Both the position numbers and the translations under genes were made by a program. The notes beneath the pieces are model-generated. The model had not been told where the DNA came from. It saw only the letters and a list, made by a program, of their open reading frames with translations, and made no database searches. Of a stretch of 64,000 nucleotides of DNA, positions 24,501 through 38,700 are shown in pieces; position 1 is the first letter of the stretch, and each line of letters begins with the position of its first letter. Source of the stretch: Haliotis rufescens (lineage: Eukaryota); the NCBI RefSeq assembly GCF_023055435.1, contig NW_025964335.1, forward strand, positions 1,736,001 to 1,800,000, in the 5' to 3' direction.

Positions 24501-27500
24501 AATACTGTTCAAGGTTTTCAAATCCGTGGCAAATTTACTGTTCTGTGACATCATCCAATCCAATTATAGGCAAAGGAAAATTAATAAAAATGGCTTCTAA
24601 TAATTAGGAACATCGTAAATCTCACCATTTGTGACACATTACGAAATCACCATTTACGGCGGTATTTAGTGTATGTTTTGAAATCAAAATATTGGATATT
24701 TTATTTAAAAATACTGAATTTCAAATATAGCGTATCTGTGATCTCGGGTATATATATATATTTTTCTCAAATTACCAATCACCACTGTGAAACGTCTCCG
24801 ATAACCTGGTAATGTTTTTGAAAATAGTCAAACACGAACGCCGAAGTAACTTTCCACCACGTGGAACTGTGAGACACGTTCACGTGTGCCGGATATTTCA
24901 AAGTCTGCGATATGTAGATACCTGAATTGCTCATACATTTTAGAATCAAATGATAAATGGCCTTTGTCACCAAAAATGCACTTGTTTGAAATGTAAAAAA
25001 AGCACAATTCATATGTTTCAGTGTGTAGCATTTTCTCCTATTTTGAGAAATGTAATGGCTCTATATTTTTAGAATATATATGGGAAGAGTATCGTAGCTA
25101 TTAGGGAATTAGACAATAGATACATTACAATGATTTGGTACATTCAACATAAACTGTTAAACGTTTCCGTCCTGTGTGAGGGCATGACTGACGTAAAATC
25201 AAGCACAACGACAACGACAACGTTTTTCATCAGCATTTCTGACTATTTCTCTTGGATACAATTACATGAAAAACATAAAATCAAACAACAAAACGCAAAT
25301 TGACAAAATGTTTCTGATTACTCACATGGCACATGATCCCTGAATGTACGATCCCTGAATCAACGAAAGTCCCCACGTACAATCCCGCATAAAGAAGTCA
25401 GTGGACACACCATTTTGTAAATGTCGATAAACGGTTGTGATGTCAAACGTCAACATATGTTGTACATATTTGGTAACTTCTTTCAGGTGAAGGTCGGGAG
25501 AGAAATGGAAAGTCAATTCTGATGTTAAGTTAATAAAAGTAACTCTCGTTGATTTACAATGAGTTGTGTTTCTTATTTATGGAATTGGAACTACAATGCT
25601 TTGCGTAACTGTGACGAATATATCAGCTGGTGGGTCACTGCATCCCAATGTAAGGGGTAACGTAATCGTCTAAAATGTGCGTCACAGTAAAATTGGCATC
25701 CCTTAAACCTCAAAACACGAACTAATAAGAAGTGACTCTCACATTGTGGTGGTTTACTGGAGTATGGAAGCTTTGAACGCAAGCTCCGGCGTTTACACGA
25801 TTTTAACTTGCACGGCATACTTTATATGAATAATATGTATTCTACAGACAGAAATCATCTGATATTTATAGGAGAATCTTCCCTACATGGTACACATCTT
25901 TCTTCTAAAGAACATGTAACTTATATACGTGTATGTGATATATCTCGCAGAAGAACAGGGTCCGCCCGATGACTGACTCGCCGGTCGACAGTGACGAAGC
26001 GGTTGTAAAATCTCCAAACATTTGGGAAGGCTACAGGGCGACAGTCGAGATATATAGAAAAAACAACGTATGTTTAACATTGAACGGGGTGACAGGCCAC
26101 TGCAGCTTTATATTCCAATCCTCTTTTCAGTAATTGTTCAGAAAGGAGGCATGTGTACCTCAAGTTTATATTTTTCACCGATCTACACAGGGACGTTAAG
26201 GAGGTTTCACAGAAATAGTATTAGGGCTACTTTAAATGTGGGGTAGCCTGTTGGTTGAAGCGTTCGCTCGTCACGCCTAAGGCCGGGGTTTAATTCCCCA
26301 TATGGGTAGAATGTGTGAAGCCCATTTCTGGTGTCCCCGACGTGATTATGTAGAACAATAATGATCAGTGCATCATAAGTTGTATTATTTACTGATGTGC
26401 ATGATCTGTGTAGCATCCGTTGTATTAGTTTTAGATGTACATTTTCAGTGTATCATAGTGGAGATTATTTACAGATCTTTTGTGTCTCTTTTCATATCTC
26501 AACTTGTAAAAAGTAGACAATCTCCCGTTCGTCTGGGTTCAACTCTGTCTGATCATTACAACCAGGATCACGGTATCCCTCAAGTCAGTATTCTTTCTGG
26601 CACTTTATTCCATATTACAATCAATGACATATATGCCGTTTTATTTGACACAACCTAAGGATAACATTTTGTGGATTTAACTGCAGGTAAAGATGGGCAC
26701 ATATTTCAAAGACATCAGCACTTAAGTTGTTCAGAAATGCTCACACGATAGTGGATGTATATTTTCGAAAAACAAGACAAACTTTATTCAAACTGTTGTT
26801 GGAAACATAACTCGCCAAAAGATATGTTCAGACAACTTCTGGAGGCACTAGGAGCAGTGGGGTATCCTAGTGGTTAAAGCGTTTCCTCGTCCCCCTACAT
26901 GGGTACAATGTGTGAAGCCCATTTCTGGTGACCCCGCCGTGATGTTGCTAGAATATTGCAAAAGGTGATGTAAAACCATGCACGCTCATTCTAGAGTCAC
27001 TACAAGTAGGAAAAGGCACGTGGTCATTTCACCTTTATTGATCCAGTTGTTTCTGAGGACATGGTATGCGAGGATATGCAGTCGATCGAATTGAGGAGGA
27101 TGATCAAAGGGCAAATGTCAAATCACGATGACAAAGGCACACTACTAACTACACGAAAAAACACATTTCAATGGTTGAGTAATACGAATAAGAGGTTTCA
27201 GATTTATGTATGGTCGCAGGGCAAAGCTCATAAAAGGTATAGTCTATAACAAATATAATTTGAATGAATTTCCTATTTGTTCTCGTCACTATATGGTTGA
27301 GATATTGATTGGGAGATGTTGAATTTTAACTCACTAAGACATTGAATGTTTTTCTCCATAAATTAAACAGAAACAAAACGGAATTGGAGACCACTATAGT
27401 CTTCATGCATAGTTAAGCGAAGGAGAGGATGTACCTTTTTAGACAAATGTTTTTTTCTCAGTTTCAAATTCCAATGTGCTTTGCGACTTTACTGATTTTG

Positions 27501-27989
27501 TTCCGCATTCTGCCAAAAAGGTGATTCAGAATACAACGTGATCAATTGCATCCTGAACCTAGAATATTCCACCCAGCATTCCAGAGTGACACCATGTCTG
27601 TCTCTAAACAGTGAGATTTCACAAAGCCAGAGAATTTTAAGGGAAGTTACCGACAATAGTTGATAAGCAGTTTGTGCGTGCTAAGGCTATCGGTTAATTT
27701 TTTTTATTTAGTTATCAAATACTCAAAAATACCCACAAATCTGAAGACAACTTATTTGATTTCCTGAACAGAACCATGTTATGAAATGCATTTAAGGTAT
27801 TACAATATTCACATTGTAGATTAGTTATAGGTCCGCATGACTTTAACTCATATTACACCTTTTTGTACTAAAATTGATACAAGCTGTTGATGTATTTCGC
27901 ACATTATGCAATGGTTATTAAACAGCGCGAGACAGCTGAAGCAGATGACAGCAGCATATATGTAATGAATTAATCTTAAACAGGACAGG

Positions 27990-30044
27990 ATGGAAGGTTC
28001 TACAAAAGTATGTGCTCGAATAGCGTGTTGTGTGTTTCATATGGTGACATTCCCTTGCATATTTACCCATGTCAGCAGGAGTTTCGATATTTTCAACACC
28101 TTATAAAAGCAGTCATCATGTTATCACCTGTGGTATTTTGTGATATTTGCTCAAAGAGTGAAAATTCCGTGATGATTTGCTAAAGCTGATATATAATTAT
28201 ACATGCCCGGTATTACATGGGTACCGGAAAAAAACCATGATATGAGATACTAATGAATGCCTATCACAATACGTTTGGAATATACCGGTATATTGCGGTT
28301 TTCAAAATCATGACTATATTCATGTTGTCAGCCAAGTTTACACAAGTCTAATCGAAATTGTGAAATTAGCAACTGATTCCTATAATCGAAAAAGCGAAAC
28401 TTTTTATCGACCAGTTTTGCGAATATAATATGTATATTACACATTATTTGTGACCGTAGCAGCATCTAACAAAAATGTGATATTTTACAATATAATTTAA
28501 AAAAAATTAAAATGTGAGACTCAGAACTTCCGTCATCTCTCCTAAGTAATGAGTGAGTGAATGGGTGAGTCAGTCGGTTGGGTTTAACGCCCCACTGAAT
28601 ATTATTCAAGTTACACTACAACGTGTCAACGTTGGAGCCCTCAGTAATGTCAGTTGTGTAGTGAGTGAGTGAGGTAGTTGATATTTAAGGTCGCATCTAC
28701 AGTATTTCAGCCATATCGAGAGGAGAAGTTATACATTATTAATACATATAATTAGACTAAAGAAAAACCTGTCATGTATATAAAAACCACGTTCTAATGT
28801 GTCTCCAGTTACGACCATATCCTTTTATGTCCTGTTTGGTAGAGGTTCATTGTCAGAATAGGTTTCCCGAAAATCCCATGTTTGCCGTTTGAATCGACTA
28901 AATTTGGGATAGGACGGTAAGAATCTGCGGTTCGACTGATCATGTGCCGTGACACCAACACGGTTATTTGGAGCATAAAGATAGAATAAAGGTTAGCATA
29001 TGCCATGTTGAACCAATGGAGTGAACAGGAACATACATAAGTTTATACTTTCTTTCTTTTACAGCAAAGATTGTCCTCTCCGGGGAGCTGAGTAAGCAGC
29101 TTCCTGCATCCATTCACATAATCAACCTAGCTGTGTCTGCAGGATCCGTTACAGGGCCATTGGTTATTTCCCCATTTCTATCTGATAATGTTGCACATGG
29201 TAACAGCACTGAGCAGGCCTTTCAAAATGACACTATCACATTTTTAACACAACACAGTACTGCACAGTTAGGAGAAGACATATGTTACAATTTCAAATCT
29301 GAATTGCTGTTTGGGTTTATCATTACAGCGAGTCTGGGGGTGGTGGTGTTTTCAGGTTATTTACTAGCACAACGTCTATTTCGAGAGGAAATAAACACGA
29401 ACCAACAAAAGGAGACAACAGGGTCCACAATCAATATTATTGACGGCGTATTTTTAATCCTTATGATAATATATACCACAATCTGTGGGCCTATGCTTTT
29501 TGTATATGGTCAGTTCTTACCAACATTTGGCATTCAATGCAAACTATATGCAGACACGAAACAGATGACAAAAATATCATTGTCATTTTACATATGTATT
29601 ATGTTCGGACGTTTGTTTGGTACACTTGGTAGCTTTGTGATTAAACAAACTGTTCTGATTAATGTCTGCACAGCTAGTGCCATAATGACATCTGTCATGC
29701 TTATATACGTATCGGAAATAGATTTCATATGGATGTGGATAGGGACAAGTATTTTAGCAGGTGTGTGTTCCACCTTGTTCTCGGCAATGAACACTTGGGC
29801 CCTCGATGTCAATAAGCATAGATCAATATTGTACGGCGTATCATCCATAGCGGATATGGCAGGGTATTCTGTAATGTCTCTTCTGACTGGACAATTGATG
29901 GCATGCCTCTGTGTACAAATCTTAAACTATATTAAGGTTTCTGTTTTATTGTTGCAACTGGTATTAACAATGTTCTTATATCTGACTGTCATTGTAAGTA
30001 AACATGTAACCTCGAGGAATCAAGGTTACTCGTATATTGAGTGA
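27990..30044 (+). pseudogene. MFS transporter copy D pseudogene (exon 1 remnant from 27990, exon 2 deleted, exon 3 29065-30044 open)
   Basis: Paralog of F; exon 1 has a 1-bp frameshift and is fused at ~28041 to intron 2 sequence. Confidence 0.8.
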
Positions 30045-32508
30045 GTGGTTTCATATCACTTCAAACAGTACTTTCGAGTGTTGAAATAAAAAGTGCTATG
30101 ATGTTGAAGTATACGCCGCCGCCCACGGATCCTGTCATTACCCTACGGGGACAATCCCCGATATGCCAATATCCCACCCTACAATAACCTACACCTAATT
30201 ATTTTAATCGGGTAGGTTGTTCAGGAGAGTGGAAACAATTACTTTAATCACATTGGCTGTGTAGGATTGTTGTGTGTTTAACACTTTAGTGATGGTTGTT
30301 ACGTGTTATGAGAGTGGATAAATTGCTTTGCTTCTACTTCAGTGACATGTGTAACACTTTAGGGTCATGTGATGCAGGATGTTCTTCTTATAATTCAACA
30401 CACTTAATCGATTGAAATGGATTTTAATTAAACTGGGGAACAGAGATCATAGATATAACAAATGTTATATTTGGGATTACACTTTCAAAGTACAAATTCT
30501 AGAACTATTTAGGAGTTGAGTTCACTCCGGAATTCGAACCCACGATCTCGGAGTGAGGCACCTAATTGCCAGAACACTAATTTAGCGATCTAACCCACTC
30601 AGCCACCTAGGTAACTTTATGTACCCATCTGATAAGTGTAAATTGACACGATTCCCTTGGGATTACATTTTCTAAGTACAAATAATAGTACTATTTAGGG
30701 GTTGAGTTCACTCCCGGATTCGAACCCACGAGGATATTGGAAATAGAATATACGCTGCCATGTTGTCTGACTGTAGATAGGATTTGTGATCTTAACAATC
30801 TCCAGGTGTGACCATGTTACAGGATCTGATAAGGGTTTGTGATTCTAACAATTGTCCATTGAGCTTGCTGAGTATTGGTGCTTGGGGATACCAAAGGTAA
30901 CAGTTTGTTTTTAGAGGAAATTGGCAGTGAATGCATAATATCATGTAGATAGGATATCATCAGAATTTTTAATCATTTTCATTATCTGTGGGAAATATTT
31001 TCACCTTGATGGAAGGAAGTCACTCAACCAGTTCATGCATCTCGAATAAAACATGTGTTACATTTGTCCACTTTCTGAAACGTCATTGTGTATTCATAGC
31101 TTTCGGTCATGGAATTACAACTTTAGTGGAGCCCTATGTGGTTGGTGACGTTGTGTGCCTTTTTCTTGCATGACTCTAATTAACAGGTAATAGAATGTCT
31201 TCTTTTTTTGCTATTTATCAAGTACATATTGTCGCATGGCTTGGTCAGGTATATATTTTCTGAACCGTCATTTACATGTGGTCACGACTTCGAGGATCCG
31301 TATTGCTTCATATTAATTTGTCCACTAATAGATTTACATTAAAACTATCTCAGTTCGGAATGTTATGAAAACAAGATAATATTTGAATCATTTCAAAGTT
31401 GTAGTTTAAACAGCAATTGATTTTAAACAAAAACAACAAGCATGCCAGTAATTGTACATGCTTTTATATATATTTCCGCATATGGACAATTCTCTTCTCA
31501 ATGTTAAGCATTTTGCCACACTTTTTTCTTGTTTTCGTAATAATTAACAAGAGGACGATTGGTCCGTCGGGGACACATTTAAGAAGGAGATTTTGCCATT
31601 GATTAAAAGGGGGTTAGGGAATTAAATATACGCTGCCATGTTGTCTGACTGTAGATATCTGTCATATCTGTGACAGCTTCGAGCTGGTGACATTTGAGTG
31701 AACTTGACAAGTGATAATGAATTTTCATGTTAATAGTATTACAGTTTGTCAAATTGTAAATATAATGTTGTTTTGTATATTCAATTTGTGAATGTGGGGA
31801 AATATCAGTATGGGGAATTTTTCTAATTGTTAGAGCGGGGAATTGTCCTATGAGGAAATGTCCGTGAGGATAATTGTTCATGTCCATGAGAGTTGTCCTA
31901 CATGCACATTTGTACATATTCACGGTTATAGATATGTGAAAGGGGGAAATGAGCAGGGGGAAATACTACTAATATAATACAATTATGCCACCATCACATT
32001 CACTGACCTAGCGGGGCCATCGTTCATAGACTATATTAGTTGGGACATTGAAACTATATCAGTTGGGACATCGTTTTCAAAACATTACGTTTGATTTCCT
32101 TAAAATCAAATAAAATCTGTTTGTATTAATGAAGTGTTTAATTTGAATGCTTTTCTAGGTCACATTAATGCTTATTGTAAAAACAAAACGATTGTGTCTT
32201 CATGCAGCTCAAACCATGTTAGGAGACGAGGGATATATCAAAACCCACAGTCGGATAAAGATAGGGAGATATCAAAATCAACGTTGGCTGACGAGTTTGG
32301 GAGACATATATTTTATTTCAATCATATAAGATATAAGTTACAGATCCACATGACTGTTTATTAATCAAGAAGTTTTTTCAAATTAACTTTATGCGATTTG
32401 ACTAATAGATTGTGTTTATTGGAGACTGTTGAATGCATACGCACACTGAACAGATGTCAAAAACAAATCTATATCGAAATAGCTTTCATTGCAGCGTACA
32501 TCCACACG

Positions 32509-32571
32509 ATGAAAACGTCTACACAGCTATGTGTTCGGATAGGGTTTCTGTGTTTAATAGCCTTGTTGGAT
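32509..32571 (+). CDS. MFS transporter copy E, exon 1 (MKTSTQLCVRIGFLCLIALLD)
   Basis: ATG..GAT|gtaagt phase 0 donor; homologous 63-nt exon in C, F and G; the frame is open further upstream, so the start is uncertain. Confidence 0.7.
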
Positions 32572-32806
32572 GTAAGTATATAATCCTGAGTTGTCTCATT
32601 CAAGAATTTCTTCTTTTGTTTACCTTACATTTGACCTTGGACCAGCTCTCTCATACTGAATGCTACTCAAAGAAGATATAATGAACTCCGATTCTTTCAT
32701 ATTACTATCAGTGATCCGTACACAATCGCAGATTACTATCCTAACCATTCCGTTATATCACGTTAGTTTCACAGTTTGAATTAACTTACAATGTGTTTCT
32801 CCACAG

Positions 32807-33092
32807 GGCATGGTTGATAGTTGTTTGGGACCTGCACTGCGAGATCTACAATGTATCTTTAATGTGACACTACAGAAGGTCAGTCTATTTCATCCAGTCA
32901 CATCAGCAGGTAGGGTAATAGGGTCCCTACTGTTCTTGAAAATCCCTGGTCGCTTCAACATCTATGGAGTCGCTGCCACTACTATGACCACAACTTGTTG
33001 CATCTTAGCTGCTGTGCCCGTCATCTCTTCATTTTGGATGGCACTGGTGTTGTCTGGTGGAGCTGGATTGCTCAATGGAATTGCAATACATG
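32807..33092 (+). CDS. MFS transporter copy E, exon 2
   Basis: ccacag|GGC ATG ... CAT G|gtaagt, 286 nt, open. Confidence 0.88.
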
Positions 33093-33679
33093 GTAAGTCC
33101 AAAACTTAAACGCCGGACAATAATGAGTCTCGAAAATCTGCCGAATTATTTCCTTAAAAGGCAAAATAGTGAAGAAAGTTTTGTGAATAGTTCATTGGAA
33201 ATCATTGATGACATAAGGTGTTCGAGAAAAGGGCAAGCATGCTCTGCACAACCGGTTGTTCATTAAAAGACAAAGTGCCAGTGAGTAAGGACGTCTGAAA
33301 GTTCCATGTAGATGTCATAGTATAGAACAGCATCGCGTGTCATGCTACGTGTGACATGCTACAAGTCACATTTTGTAGATTGCTCTGAATGTCTAACATT
33401 TCTGCAATGACTTAACCAGTCTAAGAATAATGGTTACTTACACACTAAAGGAAACAGAGTTATACACTTATAACGATGTTTGAAGGACTTGCTTGCCGTT
33501 AAAGGCGACTAAGGGGATCGGGTGGTCAGGCTCGCTGACTTGGTTGATGCATGTCATCGATCCCAATTGCGTGGATTGATGATCTTGATAATCAATCACT
33601 GGGTTGTCTGGTCCAGACTCGATTATTTACAGACCGAATATTGCTGAGTGCGGCTTTAAACAAAAACCAACCACCAACA

Positions 33680-34160
33680 CAACCTTGATGTACAAAATAT
33701 GGACTTCGGGGAATACCAAAATCTGGCCGGGATCATACAGATCCGTCAGATTATTGCCCTATATCGTTAACCAGTTGTGTTTGCAAACTATGGAACTAAT
33801 GGTGAATAATAGATTAGTTTGTTATTTGGAAACCAATAACCTTCTCACAAATATTCAGTGTGGTTTGAGGAAAAAATAGAAGTACTATTGATCATTAAGT
33901 ACGGTTAAAAGCCTTTGTTAAAAATGCTATTGTAAATATACAATACGTAGTATCAATTGTCTTTGGTCTTGAGAAAGCATACGATACTACCTGGAAGCAT
34001 GGCATTTTAAATGATTCTTAAGATTTTGGCTTGAGAGGTCGTTTTCAACAGACAGGCAATTTAAAGTCCGAGTGGGTACATTACTGTCTGACCATAATAA
34101 TCAGGATCAGGGTGTTCCGCAACGCAGTATTTTGTCTGTCACTTTAGTTAGTATTCAAAT
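33680..34160 (+). mobile_element. Nimb/I-like RT fragment inside the SINE tail in intron 2 of gene E
   Basis: YR..I.LTSCVC.TME.MVNNRLVCYLETNNLLTNIQCG, LEKAYDTTWKHGI, DQGVPQ.SILSVTL; absent from C and G introns. Confidence 0.8.
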
Positions 34161-34744
34161 AAATAAACCAACCAACCAACATTGGTGCTTATGACTTTGT
34201 TATTAAGGAACCTAAGGGCCTTGGAAGGTCTGTTTTAATCTTTGGCCATTGGTCATGTGCTGTCCTAAATGCGGTGGTGGTGTCATGAATCCTGAATTGT
34301 TTTTATATTGTATTTGATAGCTAGATGCTAAGGACATTAGAGAACATAAGCTAGCATCACATATATGTGTGATTATAGTTGAGCTATGGTCACTAGGATG
34401 TTTGTTATCTAGAGTATTCTTTTTTAACTCGCCAACTTTTACTTATTTGATACCTCCTCTGGAACTATTAGGCTTATAGAGCTGAAACTACCAGGCTTAT
34501 CGATCTGAAACTACCAGGCTTACAGAGCTGAAACTACCAGGCTTATCGATCTGAAACTACCAGACTTATAGAGCTGGAACTACCAGGCTTTTGGAGATGA
34601 AACTAAGTCACGCCTCTTTGTGCTTTGTTCCTAAAGGTTAAGTTCAGGTCTGATGGCAGAAACTAATTGTCCACTTAACTTGAGAGAACTTCTTAATAAT
34701 GTGTCTCGACTCCATGTTGTCAGAATATATTTTGTTTTTTACAG

Positions 34745-35733
34745 CTACGACTGTCCTCTCCGGGGAGTTGAGTAAAGAACACGCAGGATCCATTCATGTC
34801 ATGAACCTTGCAATGACTGTAGGACAACTTACAGGACAATTAGCTATCTCCCTTTTTCTATCTGACAATGTCTATGGTCTTCACAATGCCAATCACAATG
34901 GATCAGTCTTTTATTATGACAATACAACATTTGTCTCACATAACAACAGAGCACACTCACAAGACGAATTATGTTACAATTTCAATTCTGATGTAATGTA
35001 CGGGTTTTTCGTAATAGCTAGTCTAGCAGTACTTGTTTTTTCATGTTATTTACTCGCACACCAGTTGTTTCAAGAGAAAATAGACATGAACGAAAATCAG
35101 CTGAAGGAGAAGAGCATCAGTTCAATGAGCATTACTGACGGCATATATTTATTTATTATAATGATATACACTACGATCTGTGGGACTATGATCTTTGTAT
35201 ATGGACAATTCTTACCAACATTTGGTATTCACTGCAAATTATATGTAAGTAAAAAACAGATGGCAAATGTATCTATATCATTTTATGCCTGCATCATAAT
35301 TGGACGCTTGCTTGGTACGCTAAGCAGCCTAATTATATCACAGATTGTCTTGATTAATGTGTGCACAGCTGGTGCCATAATGATATCTGTCATGCTTATA
35401 TACGTATCGGAAATAGATACCACATGGTTGTGGGTAGGGACAAGCATTTTAGCAGTAGTGTGTGCCCCTGTGTTCTCGGCAGTTCAGACATGGGCTCTTG
35501 ATACCAGTAGGCATAGATCCATACTGTATGGTATATCATCCATAATGGATATGGTAGGATATGCTGTTATGTCTCTTCTGACTGGACAACTCATGTCATA
35601 CATCTTTGTACAAATGTTAAACAATGTTATGCTTGCAGTATCATTACTGCAACTGTTATCGATTATGTTATTATATCTGACAGTTTGTAAACAGGTCAAA
35701 TCAGAGAATCAAGCATATTCCTACATTGAGTGA
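34745..35733 (+). CDS. MFS transporter copy E, exon 3; spliced CDS 1338 nt = 445 aa, intact
   Basis: ttttacag|CT phase 1; open to TGA; 63+286+989 nt is in frame. Confidence 0.88.
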
Positions 35734-38700
35734 GATGTGCTCATTGTATCCAGTAGCGATTATTGGGCAAAATATATGTTCCCGGACATCTATTCTTGTC
35801 GCCACATCTGTTGGTCAAGCGCTTTGTGGATTGCATGTCATTGCATCTTAATTGCCTGTATCGTGATGTCAATCCCTGAATTTGTGGTGCAGACTTGACT
35901 ATATACATGTCGCTGTGATAAAGTTGACATTTTACTTCAACTGTGGCCCAGTCGTCTGAGGTACCCCAATCTGCTGTGCAGATTTGCATCCCTTGTGCGG
36001 GCCAGAAACCTATGATTGTGGTTCACCACGATTATGTTTCTTGGTTTGTTAGCACCATACCCGTGCTTGTTGCTTTAACCAAAGTGGTAAACGTCTTAGC
36101 CATGCATCACTTCGGTCTTGTCTCCCACATTAAGCTGACTGACATATAACTGGAATATTGTTAAAAGTTCCGTTAAGGCCAACTCGCTAACTCACTCACG
36201 TTAAACATAATTCCAGAAATATCACTTAGGTGTAGACATGTATTCCCTTGGCAATGGCTCCTGGCTCCAGTTGGTGCTAAATACAATGGTACATAATTTG
36301 AACAAATCTGGGTTTTGAGACCATGATAATAGGATCATGGTAAGTCTGAAGGACTTTGACGCAAAACTAGTATTGCCTCAAGATATATTACATTGTTAGA
36401 CGTTATATATGTTCCAAGGAAACTGCTTTTGTTGACATGTCGTAGTGGGGAGCAAATAGATCAAAGAATCATTCAATTTATTTTTTCTTCAGTATATCAA
36501 TCACCCACATATGTCATCAAACATGATCTGGAGACTTATTATTTCACTTGATCTTGAAAGTTAGCGAAAAATATTTAAACATCAGATTAGGAAGATATTT
36601 CATAACCATTTCAGATTCGGGTCAGAACTGTTCTTCAGCAACTCATGCTTGTCACAAGAGGCTAATTGGCTCGGGTGGTCAAGCAAACAAACAAAACAAT
36701 TATCCACTGCCTGTTGCCCGTTGCCAGTGACAAGATTATATATTCTGTGTATATAGTCCGCATGATTCTCTGTTTTATGCCAAAGTGATTTTGAGCTTAA
36801 AATAACTTCAACAGTCTCTGGCGTACAAATACAAATCGTCAAAATATCTTTGAGACACATTCTAATGATTGTATTTTCCCTTACATTCCAGTTTAGACGT
36901 TTGAAGTGGGTTTGGTTTTCCTTCACACCCTTTTTACCTTTACCTCTGCTGGCCTTGCCGAGTTCAAGCCCACAGTATAAGATTTGCAAGGATGTGCTGT
37001 TTTCATGAAATTACTACATTCATATGCAAACGACCGACGCATTATCCATATTATGTGTTTGTCCTTACATCATCAGTATATTTAAGCTGAACAAAGACTA
37101 TTGTCTATTTAAAAAATAAATGTGATACTAGGTGGTCAGTCTGGAATTCCGACTAAACAGGCGATTGTTTGACCGTTGTTAACAATTCTGTTATCGATTT
37201 ATTTTAATGTTCGCGCCTTTATCACTTTCCTGATGCCATTGCAATCAAATTATTCAAGATCATGGCCTGTATCAAATCCTTCTCAACAAGTCGATGGCAT
37301 ATGATCAATCTCCAGCCACCTCCAGACGGGACTATTTATCCCCAGAGTTAGCTATAAATGTCAATTAACACCCTCACGTCATCGGACCTAACGTATGTAC
37401 ATGCACATGGGTCACTGACATTGCACCACGTTATGTAATGCATCAACATAAAACCTGATTGACATGGTCAACCAGAGAGACCGGACCAGATCATCGACAG
37501 CAGCGGACAGATTGTACGGTTCGTCTAGGTGTCAGATCCGAACCCCGCCTCAACAACGACGACGTGAACGTTGAAGATTCGCCGTCCGACTTCTGTGTAA
37601 ACAGTGCGGGTCTCCGGAACATTGGCCATTCGGTTCAGTTTGCCTTGAATCTGTTGGCTGATTATAAACATGTAGCTTTTGTGTTCATCCGTCCTGAGTT
37701 ATGACCTCTTGGATATATAATCAGTGAACTAGTATTCAGTGCGTGAAATGTTATTTCCCATCTCCTGTTTCGGTGAATTAATATAATCGACCTTGCATTG
37801 TACCGGACTTGTGACCTGTTTTAATTTCAGTACAGTTAATTTTTTGAAGCGATATATGTGTTGTGCCTTGTTTTTGTATTGGTATTGGAGCTGAGACCGT
37901 TTAGTTGCAGTAATATCTGACAAGGGTTTTCTTTGTCTCTTGTTTAATGCCGCACTCAGCAATATTGCAGCTTTATGACAGCGGTCTGTAAATAATCGAG
38001 TCTGGACAAGACACTCCAGTGAACATCATGAACATCGATCTACGCAATTTGAATACGATGACATGCATCAAGTAAGTCAGCAAGACTGAGCACCGATCCC
38101 GTCAGTTGCCTCTTACGACATCCATGCTTTGCTGAAGACCAATTCTAACCTGGATCTTCATGTTTGTCTGACGAAGAACACAAACTGTTTACGTGAATAG
38201 AATCCACGATTGCTTCTATACTCGCCATATAAACGCCTATTTGCCTCCCGTTTCAGCAGAAAAAAAGGATATAAAGTCTTATTTTTAATTTTAAGGTAAT
38301 TTCGACGATTTTATTGGTTTATTTGCTGACTGTTTAATTTTCAACAAACTTCAAAAAGTGGCGTTTACAAACTATAAACGACCCCTTTTGATGTTTACAC
38401 GATTTTGGACCGAAACTACTTTTCATGGGGAATTCCCGAGTGGAACAATTCTTCATTCTCTTCCCTGCTGACCACGATCGTGAGGATCTGCAATGTCGGA
38501 CAATAAATTATTTTAACGTTTCTTTTTCACTCAAAATTGCAACACTTATTGATGTATTCGCATAACCCCCCTTGATGCCACAGGTACAAATATGCCCGTC
38601 CTCATATATTCTCACTTTGAAGTCGAATACAATTAAAAATACACGAATACTGTTCAAGGTTTTCAAATCCGTGGCAAATTTACTGTTCTGTGATATCATC

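Larger units (their letters stand above)
18259..31939 (+). repeat. Left arm of large inverted segmental duplication (partner 46039-64000)
   Basis: Colinear reverse-complement similarity over genes C/D vs G/F and their spacers; inner boundary cacggttatagatatgtga. Confidence 0.9.

Noticed and set aside
34699-34744. MCLDSMLSEYILFFT as the N-terminus of a single-exon 344-aa gene
   Set aside because: This is intronic polypyrimidine/acceptor sequence read in frame; the paralogs splice at ttttacag
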